Positions 8,327-17,912 of a stretch of 64,000 nucleotides of DNA are shown piece after piece. The DNA is from Gammaproteobacteria bacterium. GTDB taxonomy: Bacteria; Pseudomonadota; Gammaproteobacteria; Steroidobacterales; UBA11654. Below the pieces are notes generated by a model. That model saw only the letters and a program-made list of their open reading frames with translations, did not search any database and was not told the DNA's origin. The stretch covers positions 6,255-70,254 of the forward strand of contig NZHP01000001.1 in assembly GCA_002691465.1 (NCBI GenBank). The letters are read 5' to 3'. Made by a program: the position numbers and the translations under genes. Each line of letters begins with the position of its first letter. Position 1 is the stretch's first letter.

Positions 8327-9352
8327 CTATTCAGTATGGTTGGCAACAGATTCCTTTATCCAATCGATATAATATGGATGTGTCAATAAACCTTTTGGGT
8401 TGAAGGTATAATCGATGCCTTCAAAATCCTCTTCGATTTTTTTTTGAATGCCTTTTCCAGACATTAGATTGGAAACCATTAAAATACGTTTACCATCTTC
8501 ATTTGATGCATTCATAAAAGCCTTAATTCTTTTTAGGTTTTGGTCTCTAATAGTTTTTGGGGCATCGTCTTGAAGGGTGAAAGATTCCACAGTCTGGATA
8601 GAGCTGTGTTTTTTAATATATTCACCAATATTATTCATGAGCCTCAATTCTATCTCATTATCAGCCTGATCTATTGGCCCGTGAGCTATGATAATCAATA
8701 CTTCATTGGCTGGATCAGAGCTAATCTCATTTGTGTATTCCAGAATTATCTTTTTTGCGTATATGTCATCGTTGATCGGTTCAAGCATGACAATCCGTTC
8801 ATTTGCAATCCTTTCAACTTCAGAATATGCAAATTGCTCTTCAAGGTTAAAAATATAATTCCATTGTCTCACCAAAGTATTGTGTGCCGTACTGCTAACT
8901 GGAACAACAAAGATCTTTTCAACATCCTTATCAATCATTTCATTGACGGAACATATAACATGCGACGATGTCATCATGCTCATGCCCATTGACAAGGTTG
9001 TTTGATAGAGTTCACCGACAGATTGGACGCTATTAAATAAGTCTAGATCTCCAACAGGCCCATAACCGTGAGCCATAATCAAAACCCCATAATTCTGTGA
9101 GCCTTGATTGGATACTGGCCAGAAGTAGTTTGGACCCATCATTCTCATCATGCCCATGATTTGATCATTGGACATATTTTTCAAGGTGGGAATGGACATT
9201 CTGAGCTGATTTAAGCTTTTATCCATCATGTGATGCATCATTTTAGGGTATTTTTTCCCCATTTCATCTTGGGTGTATTCGCAATGATCCATTTCCATTG
9301 CTTGTATATTTATACAAACGAGGATTAGAAATATTAGTAGGTATTTTTTCAT
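8327..9352 (-). CDS. secreted protein with a Met/His-rich N-terminal segment and two class-II-chelatase-like (CbiX/SirB-like) halves
   Basis: Signal peptide MKKYLLIFLILVCINIQA. Met-rich stretch KMMHHMMDK...IMGMMRMMGP. Two repeats of the pattern hydrophobic strand + AHG (VLIMAHGYG ... KIFVVPV; VLIIIAHGPI ... RILMVSNL) resemble tandem CbiX domains. The family assignment is by eye only. Confidence 0.6.
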   Translation of the reverse strand: MKKYLLIFLILVCINIQAMEMDHCEYTQDEMGKKYPKMMHHMMDKSLNQLRMSIPTLKNMSNDQIMGMMRMMGPNYFWPVSNQGSQNYGVLIMAHGYGPVGDLDLFNSVQSVGELYQTTLSMGMSMMTSSHVICSVNEMIDKDVEKIFVVPVSSTAHNTLVRQWNYIFNLEEQFAYSEVERIANERIVMLEPINDDIYAKKIILEYTNEISSDPANEVLIIIAHGPIDQADNEIELRLMNNIGEYIKKHSSIQTVESFTLQDDAPKTIRDQNLKRIKAFMNASNEDGKRILMVSNLMSGKGIQKKIEEDFEGIDYTFNPKGLLTHPYYIDWIKESVANHTE

Positions 9353-9417
9353 TCAAATAATTTTATCACAGCAACTTAGATTCACATTTTCAATTTACAA
9401 TCTGTTACAAGATTGGA

Positions 9418-9870
9418 TCAACGATTTAGCTTCTTTAATCGATCTGACTGCCTTTTCCAGTCTCGCTCTTTGATGAGAGAACGTTTATCTTGCTTTTTTC
9501 GTCCCTTTGCAAGTCCTATAGATAGCTTTACATGGCCATTTTTCCAGTACATTGATAATGGCACCAATGTATGTCCTTTCTCTTTAATCAAAGACTTAAT
9601 TTTATTAATTTCCCTTCGGTGCATCAGGAGCTTCCTGGTTCTTGTTGAATCAGATTCATCTGTTACATTTGAATTTTGCAGGGGCGATATATGAGCTCCG
9701 ATAAGAATCAATTCAGAGCCCTTGACAGTTGCATAGCTCTCTTTGATGTTTCCTTTGCAATCTCTCAGTGACTTTACTTCCCATCCTTTGAGCGAGATCC
9801 CTGCTTCGTATTCATCAATGATGATGTAATCGAAACGAGCTTTTTTATTATTGACGATTGTGTTTGCCAT
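9418..9870 (-). CDS. smpB: SsrA-binding protein SmpB
   Basis: 150 aa. NKKARFDYIIIDEYEAGISLKGWEVKSLR and the C-terminal basic tail are typical of SmpB. Confidence 0.95.
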   Translation of the reverse strand: MANTIVNNKKARFDYIIIDEYEAGISLKGWEVKSLRDCKGNIKESYATVKGSELILIGAHISPLQNSNVTDESDSTRTRKLLMHRREINKIKSLIKEKGHTLVPLSMYWKNGHVKLSIGLAKGRKKQDKRSLIKERDWKRQSDRLKKLNR

Positions 9871-9923
9871 AAGAAGTCAAATGGATTAGTTTTATGATTC
9901 AATATACACATCATCATTGATTA

Positions 9924-11300
9924 ATGAATAATCATCAAGACAATCAGGAACGCTCATCGCTTCACGGTCAATGGTCATCCAGGCTTACCTTCATACTCGC
10001 CGTCACTGGATCTGCCATAGGGTTGGGTAATATTTGGAAATTTCCATACATTGCCGGAGAGAACGGTGGGGGAGCATTTGTACTGATATACCTGGTATGC
10101 ATATTTATTATTGGATTTCCCATCATGGTATCTGAAATTATGCTTGGACGAAGAGGCAGACGAAATCCAATCACCTCAATGAAGATTTTAGGCCAAGAAG
10201 AACAAGGTAATGAGGCTTGGAAATATGTAGGGCTTATCGGATTAATGGCAGGTTTTATTATCCTTTCTTATTACAGTGTAATTGCTGGATGGACTCTCCA
10301 CTATTTTAAGTTATCTATATTTGGAGAGTTATCGAACCTAGACAACGAAACCGCACAGTCTATATTTGGTCAACTGACAGCATCTGCATCGACCCAATTG
10401 ATTTACCATACCGGCTTTATGATTATCACCATAGCAATCATAGCTAAAGGCATTAAGAACGGTCTGGAGCGAGCCGTGAAACTAATGATGCCAGGTTTAT
10501 TATTAATACTGATTATTCTCCTTCTGTATTCAATCTTTCAAGGGGACTTTATGGCAGGGGTGAATTTCTTGTTGGTCCCTGACTTCTCAAAGGTCACATC
10601 ACAAAGTATTCTTGCTGCGATGGGCCAAGCTTTTTTCACCTTGAGTCTTGGCATGGGTTGCATAGTCATGTATGGGGCTTATTTGCCGAAAAATGAATCA
10701 ATCGTTGGAACAACTTCGGCAATAATATTTTGCGATACAATGATCGCATTATTAGCTGGTATGGTTATTTTCCCAATTGTTTTTCAGTTCGGTCTCGAGC
10801 CCACCGATGGACCTGGCTTAATATTCTTAACTCTGCCGCTTGCATTCAATGAAATCACTGGCGGTTATTTATTCTCCGGTCTTTTTTTCATACTTTTGGG
10901 ATTTGCTGCAATAACGTCTGCATTGAGTTTGTTGGAGCCCTCAGTTGCTTGGATGATTGAAAATAAAAACTATAGCAGAAATAAATCTGCATTCATCATT
11001 GGCATTTTGATCTGGTTACTCGGATTCTTATCTATTTTTTCATTCAATGCGCTTTCAGAACTTACATTCTGGAAAGGAACACTTTTTGACAATTTTGACT
11101 ACATCGCAAGTAACATTATGCTCCCTTTGAGCGGTCTACTATTTACAATTTTTGCTAGTTGGGTGATGAAAAGAAAACATTCAATGGATGAATTATCTGA
11201 TATACCGGCGAATGTATATAGACTTTGGAGATTCAGTGCTCGATACATTGCTCCCATCGGAGTAATTTTAGTATTCTTCAATGCCATCGGTATTATCTGA
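9924..11300 (+). CDS. sodium-dependent transporter, neurotransmitter:sodium symporter (SNF/NSS) family
   Basis: 458 aa and polytopic. Carries the NSS signature GSAIGLGNIWKFPYIAGENGGGAF. Confidence 0.9.
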   Translation: MNNHQDNQERSSLHGQWSSRLTFILAVTGSAIGLGNIWKFPYIAGENGGGAFVLIYLVCIFIIGFPIMVSEIMLGRRGRRNPITSMKILGQEEQGNEAWKYVGLIGLMAGFIILSYYSVIAGWTLHYFKLSIFGELSNLDNETAQSIFGQLTASASTQLIYHTGFMIITIAIIAKGIKNGLERAVKLMMPGLLLILIILLLYSIFQGDFMAGVNFLLVPDFSKVTSQSILAAMGQAFFTLSLGMGCIVMYGAYLPKNESIVGTTSAIIFCDTMIALLAGMVIFPIVFQFGLEPTDGPGLIFLTLPLAFNEITGGYLFSGLFFILLGFAAITSALSLLEPSVAWMIENKNYSRNKSAFIIGILIWLLGFLSIFSFNALSELTFWKGTLFDNFDYIASNIMLPLSGLLFTIFASWVMKRKHSMDELSDIPANVYRLWRFSARYIAPIGVILVFFNAIGII

Positions 11301-11724
11301 CTTGAAAAAGTACACCAGAACATTCCGCGTAACTAAAAACATTAATGAAGTGTTTGATGTACTCAATAATGTCGATGACTATGAGTCGTTCATCCCATTT
11401 TGTTCTCAATCTGAGATCATTGATGAGCAAGACAATGCAATTACTGCATCGCTTAAATTATCATTCTTAGGATCTAGCTCTGAGTTTATAACCCAGAATG
11501 AATTCAAGAGAAATGAATTCATTGATATGAACTTAGTAAAAGGGCCCTTTAATTCATTTAATGCAAGTTGGCTTTTTAACCCAATAAATGAAGATGAAAC
11601 TCAGATGACCTTTAAAATGACATATTCAATCAATAATCCGATAACTGATCTAATTATTTCCAAAAATATTGATACCGTGAGCGAACGAATTATTGAGGCA
11701 TTTAAACAAAAGATAGAAGCTTAA
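11281..11724 (+). CDS. ratA: SRPBCC-fold RatA/Coq10-like protein
   Basis: 147 aa. VNDV..Y..F.P.C region (LNNVDDYESFIPFCSQSEI) and LVKGPFNSFNASW align with E. coli RatA (YfjG). Sits in the conserved smpB/bamE neighbourhood. Confidence 0.8.
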   Translation: MPSVLSDLKKYTRTFRVTKNINEVFDVLNNVDDYESFIPFCSQSEIIDEQDNAITASLKLSFLGSSSEFITQNEFKRNEFIDMNLVKGPFNSFNASWLFNPINEDETQMTFKMTYSINNPITDLIISKNIDTVSERIIEAFKQKIEA

Positions 11725-11728
11725 ATGG

Positions 11729-12064
11729 CTATAATTCTGGTCTGGTTAGGACGTCTTTATCTATTCTCGTGACTTTTTCATTTTCAAAATATACAACAAG
11801 CCAATATCGTTGATCATTATTCAGAGGTTCAGCATTCATTCTATCTTGGTAAAGATAGATATAATCCCAACGATCGGTTTGGTATGGGTTGCCAATTACT
11901 GGACCGCCCAAAAGATACCTAATCTGACTTTTGGTCATTCCAACTTCAATACGATCAATGTTTTCAATCTTTAATAAATTACCTTGCTGAAGATCAGGCC
12001 TGTAGACACATGAACTTATTATTAAACAGATTAAAAATAGCTTTATAGAATAACGTTTACGCAT
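11729..12064 (-). CDS. bamE: outer membrane protein assembly factor BamE (SmpA/OmlA)
   Basis: 111 aa lipoprotein (LIISSC). Contains QQGNLL...VGMTKSQIRYLLGGP...DRWDYIY, typical of BamE. Confidence 0.85.
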   Translation of the reverse strand: MRKRYSIKLFLICLIISSCVYRPDLQQGNLLKIENIDRIEVGMTKSQIRYLLGGPVIGNPYQTDRWDYIYLYQDRMNAEPLNNDQRYWLVVYFENEKVTRIDKDVLTRPEL

Positions 12065-12941
12065 TTCTCTTATCGTGGCCCCAAAATAATTTTGACCTCA
12101 GTGTTTCATAGTAATCGTATTGACTGGTATGAACGAATTCAACTGAGCTCTTAGATTTGCTGATGATTATACAATCACCGCCTGAAATCTCAGAAATTAT
12201 TTCTCCGTCCAGACTGATTTCTATTAAATCATCATTCTCTTCAGTGAATTCGAGTTTGATATTGCAATCCGAAGATATAACCATTGGTCTATTTGTTAAT
12301 GTGTGCGGTGCTATTGGAACAAGCAAGAAAGAGTTAGAATTCGGATTTATTATTGGTCCACCACAACTGAGTGAGTAAGCAGTCGATCCAGTGGGTGTGG
12401 AGACTATGTATCCATCTCCTTGATTTGAATTGACGTATGTGTCATTAATTGATGTTTGAACATTAATCATTCTTCCTGTTTTTGTTTTATTGATCACCAA
12501 ATCATTGACAGCATGTCCGATGAAGCGCTCTTCATTTCCATTTGATATTTTGACGTCAAGAAGCATCCTGGATTCAATTTGATAATCGCCCTGAATGATT
12601 TCTTTCAAAGCATCGGATACAAGTTCTGGATTGATGTCCGTTAAAAAACCCAATCGACCTTTGTTAATCCCTGTGATGGGTACATTGTGATTACTTGCTA
12701 ATTTTGATGACTTGAGCATTGTTCCGTCACCGCCTATTGAGACAATTAAGTCCATTTTACAGACATCGCTTTCTATTAGGGGCTTAACATTTAAAAGTTG
12801 GTTCTGATTATTAGAATTGCTATAGGAAAACAACTCCAACTTATGCTCATCAATTGTTTCAGATAAATCTGTAACAAGATCACTCAGGTATTCATCATTG
12901 AGTGAGCCTGTAAAAAGTATTTTTTTTATTGAGTCAATCAT
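12057..12941 (-). CDS. nadK: NAD kinase
   Basis: 294 aa. GGDGTML motif, NDLVI and STPTGSTAYSLSCGGPI motifs. Confidence 0.92.
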   Translation of the reverse strand: MIDSIKKILFTGSLNDEYLSDLVTDLSETIDEHKLELFSYSNSNNQNQLLNVKPLIESDVCKMDLIVSIGGDGTMLKSSKLASNHNVPITGINKGRLGFLTDINPELVSDALKEIIQGDYQIESRMLLDVKISNGNEERFIGHAVNDLVINKTKTGRMINVQTSINDTYVNSNQGDGYIVSTPTGSTAYSLSCGGPIINPNSNSFLLVPIAPHTLTNRPMVISSDCNIKLEFTEENDDLIEISLDGEIISEISGGDCIIISKSKSSVEFVHTSQYDYYETLRSKLFWGHDKRNA

Positions 12942-13014
12942 GGAATTGAAATAATTTAATCATTTGTAATTTCTGATAAATTATACGGTATCGTATTTAA
13001 TAAATCTTAGAACA

Positions 13015-14052
13015 ATGTCTAAAAAGAAACCGACAACAAATAGATCCGAAATGATTCTATCTGCAATCATTGATTCTTATATTGAAGAAGGGACTCCCAT
13101 TGGTTCAAAAAAACTTGCATCTAATGAAAGATTTAATTTAAGCCCTGCTACGATCAGAAATGTGATGTCAGATCTTGAAGAGCTTGGTTTTATTGCATCA
13201 CCCCATACATCCTCTGGAAGAATACCTACTCCAAAAGGGTATCGCTTCTTCATTGATTCTTTATTGCAGCTTCAACCATTGGATCAAGATGAGTACACCT
13301 CCATAGAGAACACTGTCTCAACACTCACAGCTTCAAATAAAGATCTTGCATTGAACGTTTCCAGCACATTATCGAATATCACTCATCTTGCCGGGATTGT
13401 AACCGTGCCAAGAAAAAAGAATAACATCCTTAAAGAGATTGATTTCATTCCTCTTTCAGATCGAAGAATACTGGCAATCATTGTTATCAATCAAAAAGAG
13501 GTTGAAAATAAGATTCTTCAAATGAAACGTGACTATACAAGACAAGAACTTCAACAGTCGTCTAATTATCTAAATCAAAACTATTCAGGAAAAAGTCTAG
13601 AATTCATCAAAAAGGATCTACTAAATCAGCTTAAAGAAACATCGGATTTAGCAAAAACTCTAATGAACAACATCATTGATATTGCAGATGACGTATTGAA
13701 AACAGATGATAACGATGATTATTTCGTGACTGGTGAAAGCCATCTTATGGATCATGATGAGCTATCTGACATTAAGCGACTAAAAGCCTTATTCAATGCT
13801 TTCAGTGAAAAACAAGAACTGCTCAATATTCTTGATAAAAGTCTAACAACTAGCAATATTCAAATATTTATTGGTGAGGAATCTGGATACAAAATATTCG
13901 ACAACTGCACTCTGATAACAGCACCATATACAAATGATGAAGGATCAATAGGCGTTCTTGGTGTAATTGGACCAACCAGAATGGCCTATCAGCGTGTCAT
14001 ACCCATAGTAGATGTGACAGCTAAATTGCTCAGCAAATCATTGAAATCCTAA
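13015..14052 (+). CDS. hrcA: heat-inducible transcription repressor HrcA
   Basis: 345 aa. N-terminal winged-helix region GTPIGSKKLA...LSPATIRNVMSDLEELGFI.SPHTSSGRIPT.KGYRFF and C-terminal GVLGVIGPTRM.Y. Confidence 0.92.
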   Translation: MSKKKPTTNRSEMILSAIIDSYIEEGTPIGSKKLASNERFNLSPATIRNVMSDLEELGFIASPHTSSGRIPTPKGYRFFIDSLLQLQPLDQDEYTSIENTVSTLTASNKDLALNVSSTLSNITHLAGIVTVPRKKNNILKEIDFIPLSDRRILAIIVINQKEVENKILQMKRDYTRQELQQSSNYLNQNYSGKSLEFIKKDLLNQLKETSDLAKTLMNNIIDIADDVLKTDDNDDYFVTGESHLMDHDELSDIKRLKALFNAFSEKQELLNILDKSLTTSNIQIFIGEESGYKIFDNCTLITAPYTNDEGSIGVLGVIGPTRMAYQRVIPIVDVTAKLLSKSLKS

Positions 14053-14069
14053 TAAGTGCCCATATATAT
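14041..14069 (+). promoter_or_regulatory. candidate sigma32-type heat-shock promoter for grpE
   Basis: TTGAAA (14041-14046) followed by GCCCATATATAT (14058-14069), compared with the consensus TTGAAA ... CCCCATnT. The same TTGAAA-N14-CATATATAT spacing recurs before dnaK. The spacer is 1-2 nt shorter than in E. coli examples. Confidence 0.35.
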
Positions 14070-14088
14070 TCTTCATTGAGGAGGTCAT

Positions 14089-14643
14089 ATGGTTGAAAAT
14101 AATAAAAATGAACTAATCGAAGAAATTGATCAGAAGTCTGATGAAAATTCCAAAGAGACTGAAATTGAGAATTCTGAATCTGATCAACAAAATCTTCAGG
14201 AAGTCATTGAGCAACATTGGGATAAAATTCTCAGACTTCAGGCTGAAATTGAGAATTTAAGAAAACGAAACATTAAAGATGTTGAAAGTGCTGCAAAAGC
14301 GTCAATTGAAAGAGTGATTCAAGAAATTCTGCCTGTGATCGATAGTTTTGAAATTGGAATGACTATAGATACCAAAACTGATGAAGGTATGGAGACATTT
14401 ATTGCTGGGCAAAAAGCGACTTATAAGCAATTTATGTCAATGCTAGATAAGTTTTCAATTGAGGAAATCGATCCTAAGGATATGAAATTTGATTCTGAAA
14501 ATCACGAAGCCATGAGCACAGTTGACGATGAAAATACTGAACCTGGATATATTGTTGAAGTTATACAAAAAGGATATCGGCTTCAAAATAGATTGCTTAG
14601 GCCAGCCAGAGTCATTGTTTCGTCTGAAACACAAAAAGACTGA
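14089..14643 (+). CDS. grpE: nucleotide exchange factor GrpE
   Basis: 184 aa. Strong SD (GAGGAGG). Contains LRLQAEIENLRKR and the C-terminal GYRLQNRLLRPARV. Confidence 0.93.
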   Translation: MVENNKNELIEEIDQKSDENSKETEIENSESDQQNLQEVIEQHWDKILRLQAEIENLRKRNIKDVESAAKASIERVIQEILPVIDSFEIGMTIDTKTDEGMETFIAGQKATYKQFMSMLDKFSIEEIDPKDMKFDSENHEAMSTVDDENTEPGYIVEVIQKGYRLQNRLLRPARVIVSSETQKD

Positions 14644-14650
14644 TATTTCC

Positions 14651-14679
14651 TTGAAAAATAATAAAGCGGACATATATAT
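14651..14679 (+). promoter_or_regulatory. candidate sigma32-type heat-shock promoter for dnaK
   Basis: CCTTGAAA at 14649-14656, then GGACATATATAT at 14668-14679. The geometry is identical to the grpE upstream motif. The -10 is a weaker match to CCCCATnT. Confidence 0.3.
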
Positions 14680-14711
14680 CCGTTAGTAGCTACTTAATAT
14701 GGAGAGATAAA

Positions 14712-16640
14712 ATGGGTAGAGTAATTGGAATCGATCTCGGCACAACAAATTCATGCGTTTCTGTTATGGATGGCGATCAGGCCAAGGTTATTGAAAATTC
14801 AGAGGGCGATCGAACAACGCCTTCAATCGTTGCGTATTCAAAAGAGGAAGATCGCTTTCTCGTTGGACAATCTGCGAAACGACAAGCTATAAGTAATCCT
14901 GAGAATACGCTGTTTGCAATCAAACGTTTGATTGGAAGAAAGCACGACGACAATGTTGTACAGAAGGACATTGACAAAGTGCCATTTAAAATTGTCAAAG
15001 CAGACAATGGAGATGCCTGGGTGAAGACTGGCGATAAAGAGATGGCTCCACCGGCTATCTCAGCAGAGGTACTTAGGAAAATGAAAGAAACCGCAGAGAG
15101 CTATCTTGGTGAGTCAATATCTGAGGCAGTAATTACTGTTCCTGCATATTTTAATGACTCACAGAGGCAAGCCACAAAAGATGCTGGCAAAATTGCAGGA
15201 TTAGAGGTTAAGAGAATTATCAATGAACCCACTGCAGCAGCACTGGCATATGGCATGGATAAGAAACGTGGCGATAAAAAAATCGCCGTCTATGATTTGG
15301 GTGGCGGAACATTTGATGTATCGATTATTGAAATTGCCGATGTTGATGGAGAAAATCAATTTGAAGTACTCGCAACAAATGGTGATACATTCCTCGGTGG
15401 CGAAGATTTTGATCTCAGAGTAATTGATCATTTGCTTGGTGAATTTCAAAATCAAACAGGTATGGATATATCAAGCGATCCCCAAGCAGTTCAAAGATTA
15501 AAAGAAGCAGCCGAAAAAGCAAAGATTGAATTATCAAATCAAGCACAGACAGACATTAATCTGCCATACCTTACTGCTGATGCTTCTGGCCCTAAACATC
15601 TAAACCTTACTTTAACAAGAGCAAAGCTAGAGTCATTGGTTGAAGATTTAATTGTTCAAACAATAGAGCCATGTAAAACTGCACTCAGTGATGCTGGGTT
15701 ATCAACAAGTGAAATCAATGACGTTATTCTTGTTGGCGGTCAAACTCGAATGCCTAAGGTTGTAGAAGAGGTAAAATCATTTTTTGGCGTTGAGCCAAGA
15801 AAAGACGTTAATCCGGATGAAGCGGTCGCAATCGGTGCTGCTATTCAAGGCGGCGTTCTTTCTGGGGATGTCAAAGATGTCTTACTATTAGATGTAACGC
15901 CATTGTCATTGGGTATTGAGACGCTTGGCGGTGTGACAACAAGATTAATTGAAAAAAACACCACAATCCCCACAAAAGCAGAGCAAGTATTCTCTACAGC
16001 TGAAGATAATCAGACAGCAGTTACGATTCATGTGCTCCAAGGAGAGCGTGAACGCTCTCAGGACAATAAGTCACTGGGACGATTTGACTTAACTGACATA
16101 CCCAGTAAACCAAGAGGTATGCCACAAATTGAAGTCGCTTTTGATATTGATGCCAATGGAATAATCAACGTTTCAGCCACGGACAAAGAAACCGGCAAGG
16201 AACAAAAAATTGTGATCAAAGCTTCAAGTGGTCTGTCCGATGAAGAAATTGAAAAAATGATTTCAGAAGCCGAAGCAAATGCAGACAGCGATAAGGACTT
16301 CAGAGAATTAGTAGATATCAAAAATCAGGCCGATCAAGTCATACATGCCACTGAAAAATCCCTAGAAGATCTTGGAGAGAAAGTGACAAATGAGGAAAGA
16401 TCAACTGTGGAATCTGCTTTAAATGAGTTGAAAGATGCTCTCAAATCAGATGAAAAAGAAAAAATTGAATCGAAACTCAAGACGCTTTCAGAAGCATCTG
16501 TTGGTATTGCTCAGAAGGCATTCGAAGAGGCTCAGGCAAGCACTGATGGTGAAACGACTGAAACTGATTCAAAGGATGAAAATGTAGTTGATGCTGAATA
16601 TGAGGAAGTTGATTCTGAAGAGAATAAAAATACTCATTAA
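14712..16640 (+). CDS. dnaK: chaperone DnaK (Hsp70)
   Basis: 642 aa. [21 protein letters not shown] and [11 protein letters not shown] signatures. Confidence 0.98.
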   Translation: MGRVIGIDLGTTNSCVSVMDGDQAKVIENSEGDRTTPSIVAYSKEEDRFLVGQSAKRQAISNPENTLFAIKRLIGRKHDDNVVQKDIDKVPFKIVKADNGDAWVKTGDKEMAPPAISAEVLRKMKETAESYLGESISEAVITVPAYFNDSQRQATKDAGKIAGLEVKRIINEPTAAALAYGMDKKRGDKKIAVYDLGGGTFDVSIIEIADVDGENQFEVLATNGDTFLGGEDFDLRVIDHLLGEFQNQTGMDISSDPQAVQRLKEAAEKAKIELSNQAQTDINLPYLTADASGPKHLNLTLTRAKLESLVEDLIVQTIEPCKTALSDAGLSTSEINDVILVGGQTRMPKVVEEVKSFFGVEPRKDVNPDEAVAIGAAIQGGVLSGDVKDVLLLDVTPLSLGIETLGGVTTRLIEKNTTIPTKAEQVFSTAEDNQTAVTIHVLQGERERSQDNKSLGRFDLTDIPSKPRGMPQIEVAFDIDANGIINVSATDKETGKEQKIVIKASSGLSDEEIEKMISEAEANADSDKDFRELVDIKNQADQVIHATEKSLEDLGEKVTNEERSTVESALNELKDALKSDEKEKIESKLKTLSEASVGIAQKAFEEAQASTDGETTETDSKDENVVDAEYEEVDSEENKNTH

Positions 16641-16660
16641 TTAAATAGGCATCATAATTT

Positions 16661-16697
16661 ATCAGACAGAGTTTTGATACTCTGTCTGATTATATTT
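16661..16697 (+). terminator. perfect 12-bp hairpin between dnaK and dnaJ (attenuator or partial terminator)
   Basis: ATCAGACAGAGT (16661-16672), loop TTTGAT, ACTCTGTCTGAT (16679-16690), then TATATTT. The T-tract is weak, so partial termination is more likely than full. Confidence 0.5.
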
Positions 16698-16707
16698 GAG
16701 AAAAAAA

Positions 16708-17844
16708 ATGAGTGAACAAGATTTATATCAAACTTTGGGGATTGAAAAAAACTCATCAGATGCAGATATAAAAAAAGCTTATCGAAAGCTTGCAATGAAA
16801 TATCACCCCGATAGAAATCCTGACGACTCAGCTGCAGAGCAGAAATTTAAATCTATTCAAAAAGCATATGCAGTTTTATCAGACAAGCAAAAAAGAGCTG
16901 CCTATGACCAATTCGGCCATGCTGGAGTTAATCAACAAGGAGGTATGGGCGGTGGATTTAATACAGGAGATGCATTTAATGACATCTTTGGAGATGTTTT
17001 TGGAGATATATTTGGCGGAGGAAGAGGGCAAGCTAGGCGTTCATCAGCTCAACGTGGCTCTGATCTTAGATATCAGGTTAACCTCACACTAGAGCAAGCC
17101 GTATTTGGAGATAAAATTAATGTTGAAATTCCATCATACAACCAATGTGATACTTGTACTGGCTCGGGAGCTAAAGAAGGAACTTCCGCCATAAGATGCA
17201 TAAAGTGTGACGGAAGAGGCGCTATTAGAGTCCAACAAGGGTTTTTTACATTACAGCAAACATGCCCTGAATGCAGAGGGTCTGGAGAAACAATAAAAGA
17301 CCCATGCTCAATTTGTTCTGGTTCGGGTAGAAAGAGATCCAATAGAACCATTGCTATCAAAATACCAGCAGGTGTTGATAATGCAGATCGTATAAGACTT
17401 TCTGGAGAAGGTGAAGCAGGAATCAAAGGGGGGCCTTCTGGTGATCTTTATGTGGATGTGACTATAAAAAAACATGACATATTTGAGCGCGAAGGAAATC
17501 ATTTGATATGCACAATTCCTATAAGTTTTGGAAAAGCAGTACTTGGAGGAACCGTGGAAGTGCCAACAATTGATGGTGCCGTAAATCTTTCAGTACCATC
17601 CGAAACACAATCTGGTAAAACTTTTAGACTAAAAGGAAAAGGAATTAAATCTTATAGAGAGAATTTTTATGGAGATTTGTATTGCACTGTTCAAGTAGAA
17701 ACACCTGTTAGCTTAACTGATGAACAAAAAGAAATATTGAGGCAGTTCGATAAATCAGTTAATAACAGCAATACCGATCATCGTCCAAATAAAAAAACAT
17801 GGACTGATAGTGTAAGTGAATTTTTTAAACGCATAAGTGAATAA
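16708..17844 (+). CDS. dnaJ: co-chaperone DnaJ
   Basis: Start moved to the ATG at 16708 (MSEQDLYQTLGI), because the ORF-track TTG at 16696 lies against the hairpin. Has a J-domain HPD (KYHPDRNP), a G/F region and four CxxCxGxG zinc motifs. Confidence 0.95.
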   Translation: MSEQDLYQTLGIEKNSSDADIKKAYRKLAMKYHPDRNPDDSAAEQKFKSIQKAYAVLSDKQKRAAYDQFGHAGVNQQGGMGGGFNTGDAFNDIFGDVFGDIFGGGRGQARRSSAQRGSDLRYQVNLTLEQAVFGDKINVEIPSYNQCDTCTGSGAKEGTSAIRCIKCDGRGAIRVQQGFFTLQQTCPECRGSGETIKDPCSICSGSGRKRSNRTIAIKIPAGVDNADRIRLSGEGEAGIKGGPSGDLYVDVTIKKHDIFEREGNHLICTIPISFGKAVLGGTVEVPTIDGAVNLSVPSETQSGKTFRLKGKGIKSYRENFYGDLYCTVQVETPVSLTDEQKEILRQFDKSVNNSNTDHRPNKKTWTDSVSEFFKRISE

Positions 17845-17912
17845 AATAATAACTTTTTTGATGACATCAGACTGATTTGAACCTAATATAGTTTTGATTC
17901 CAAACTTCTCAA

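Noticed and set aside
12942-14711. CIRCE operator for HrcA
   Set aside because: I looked for TTAGCACTC-N9-GAGTGCTAA upstream of hrcA, grpE and dnaK and found nothing resembling it. It is reported as absent rather than as a feature.
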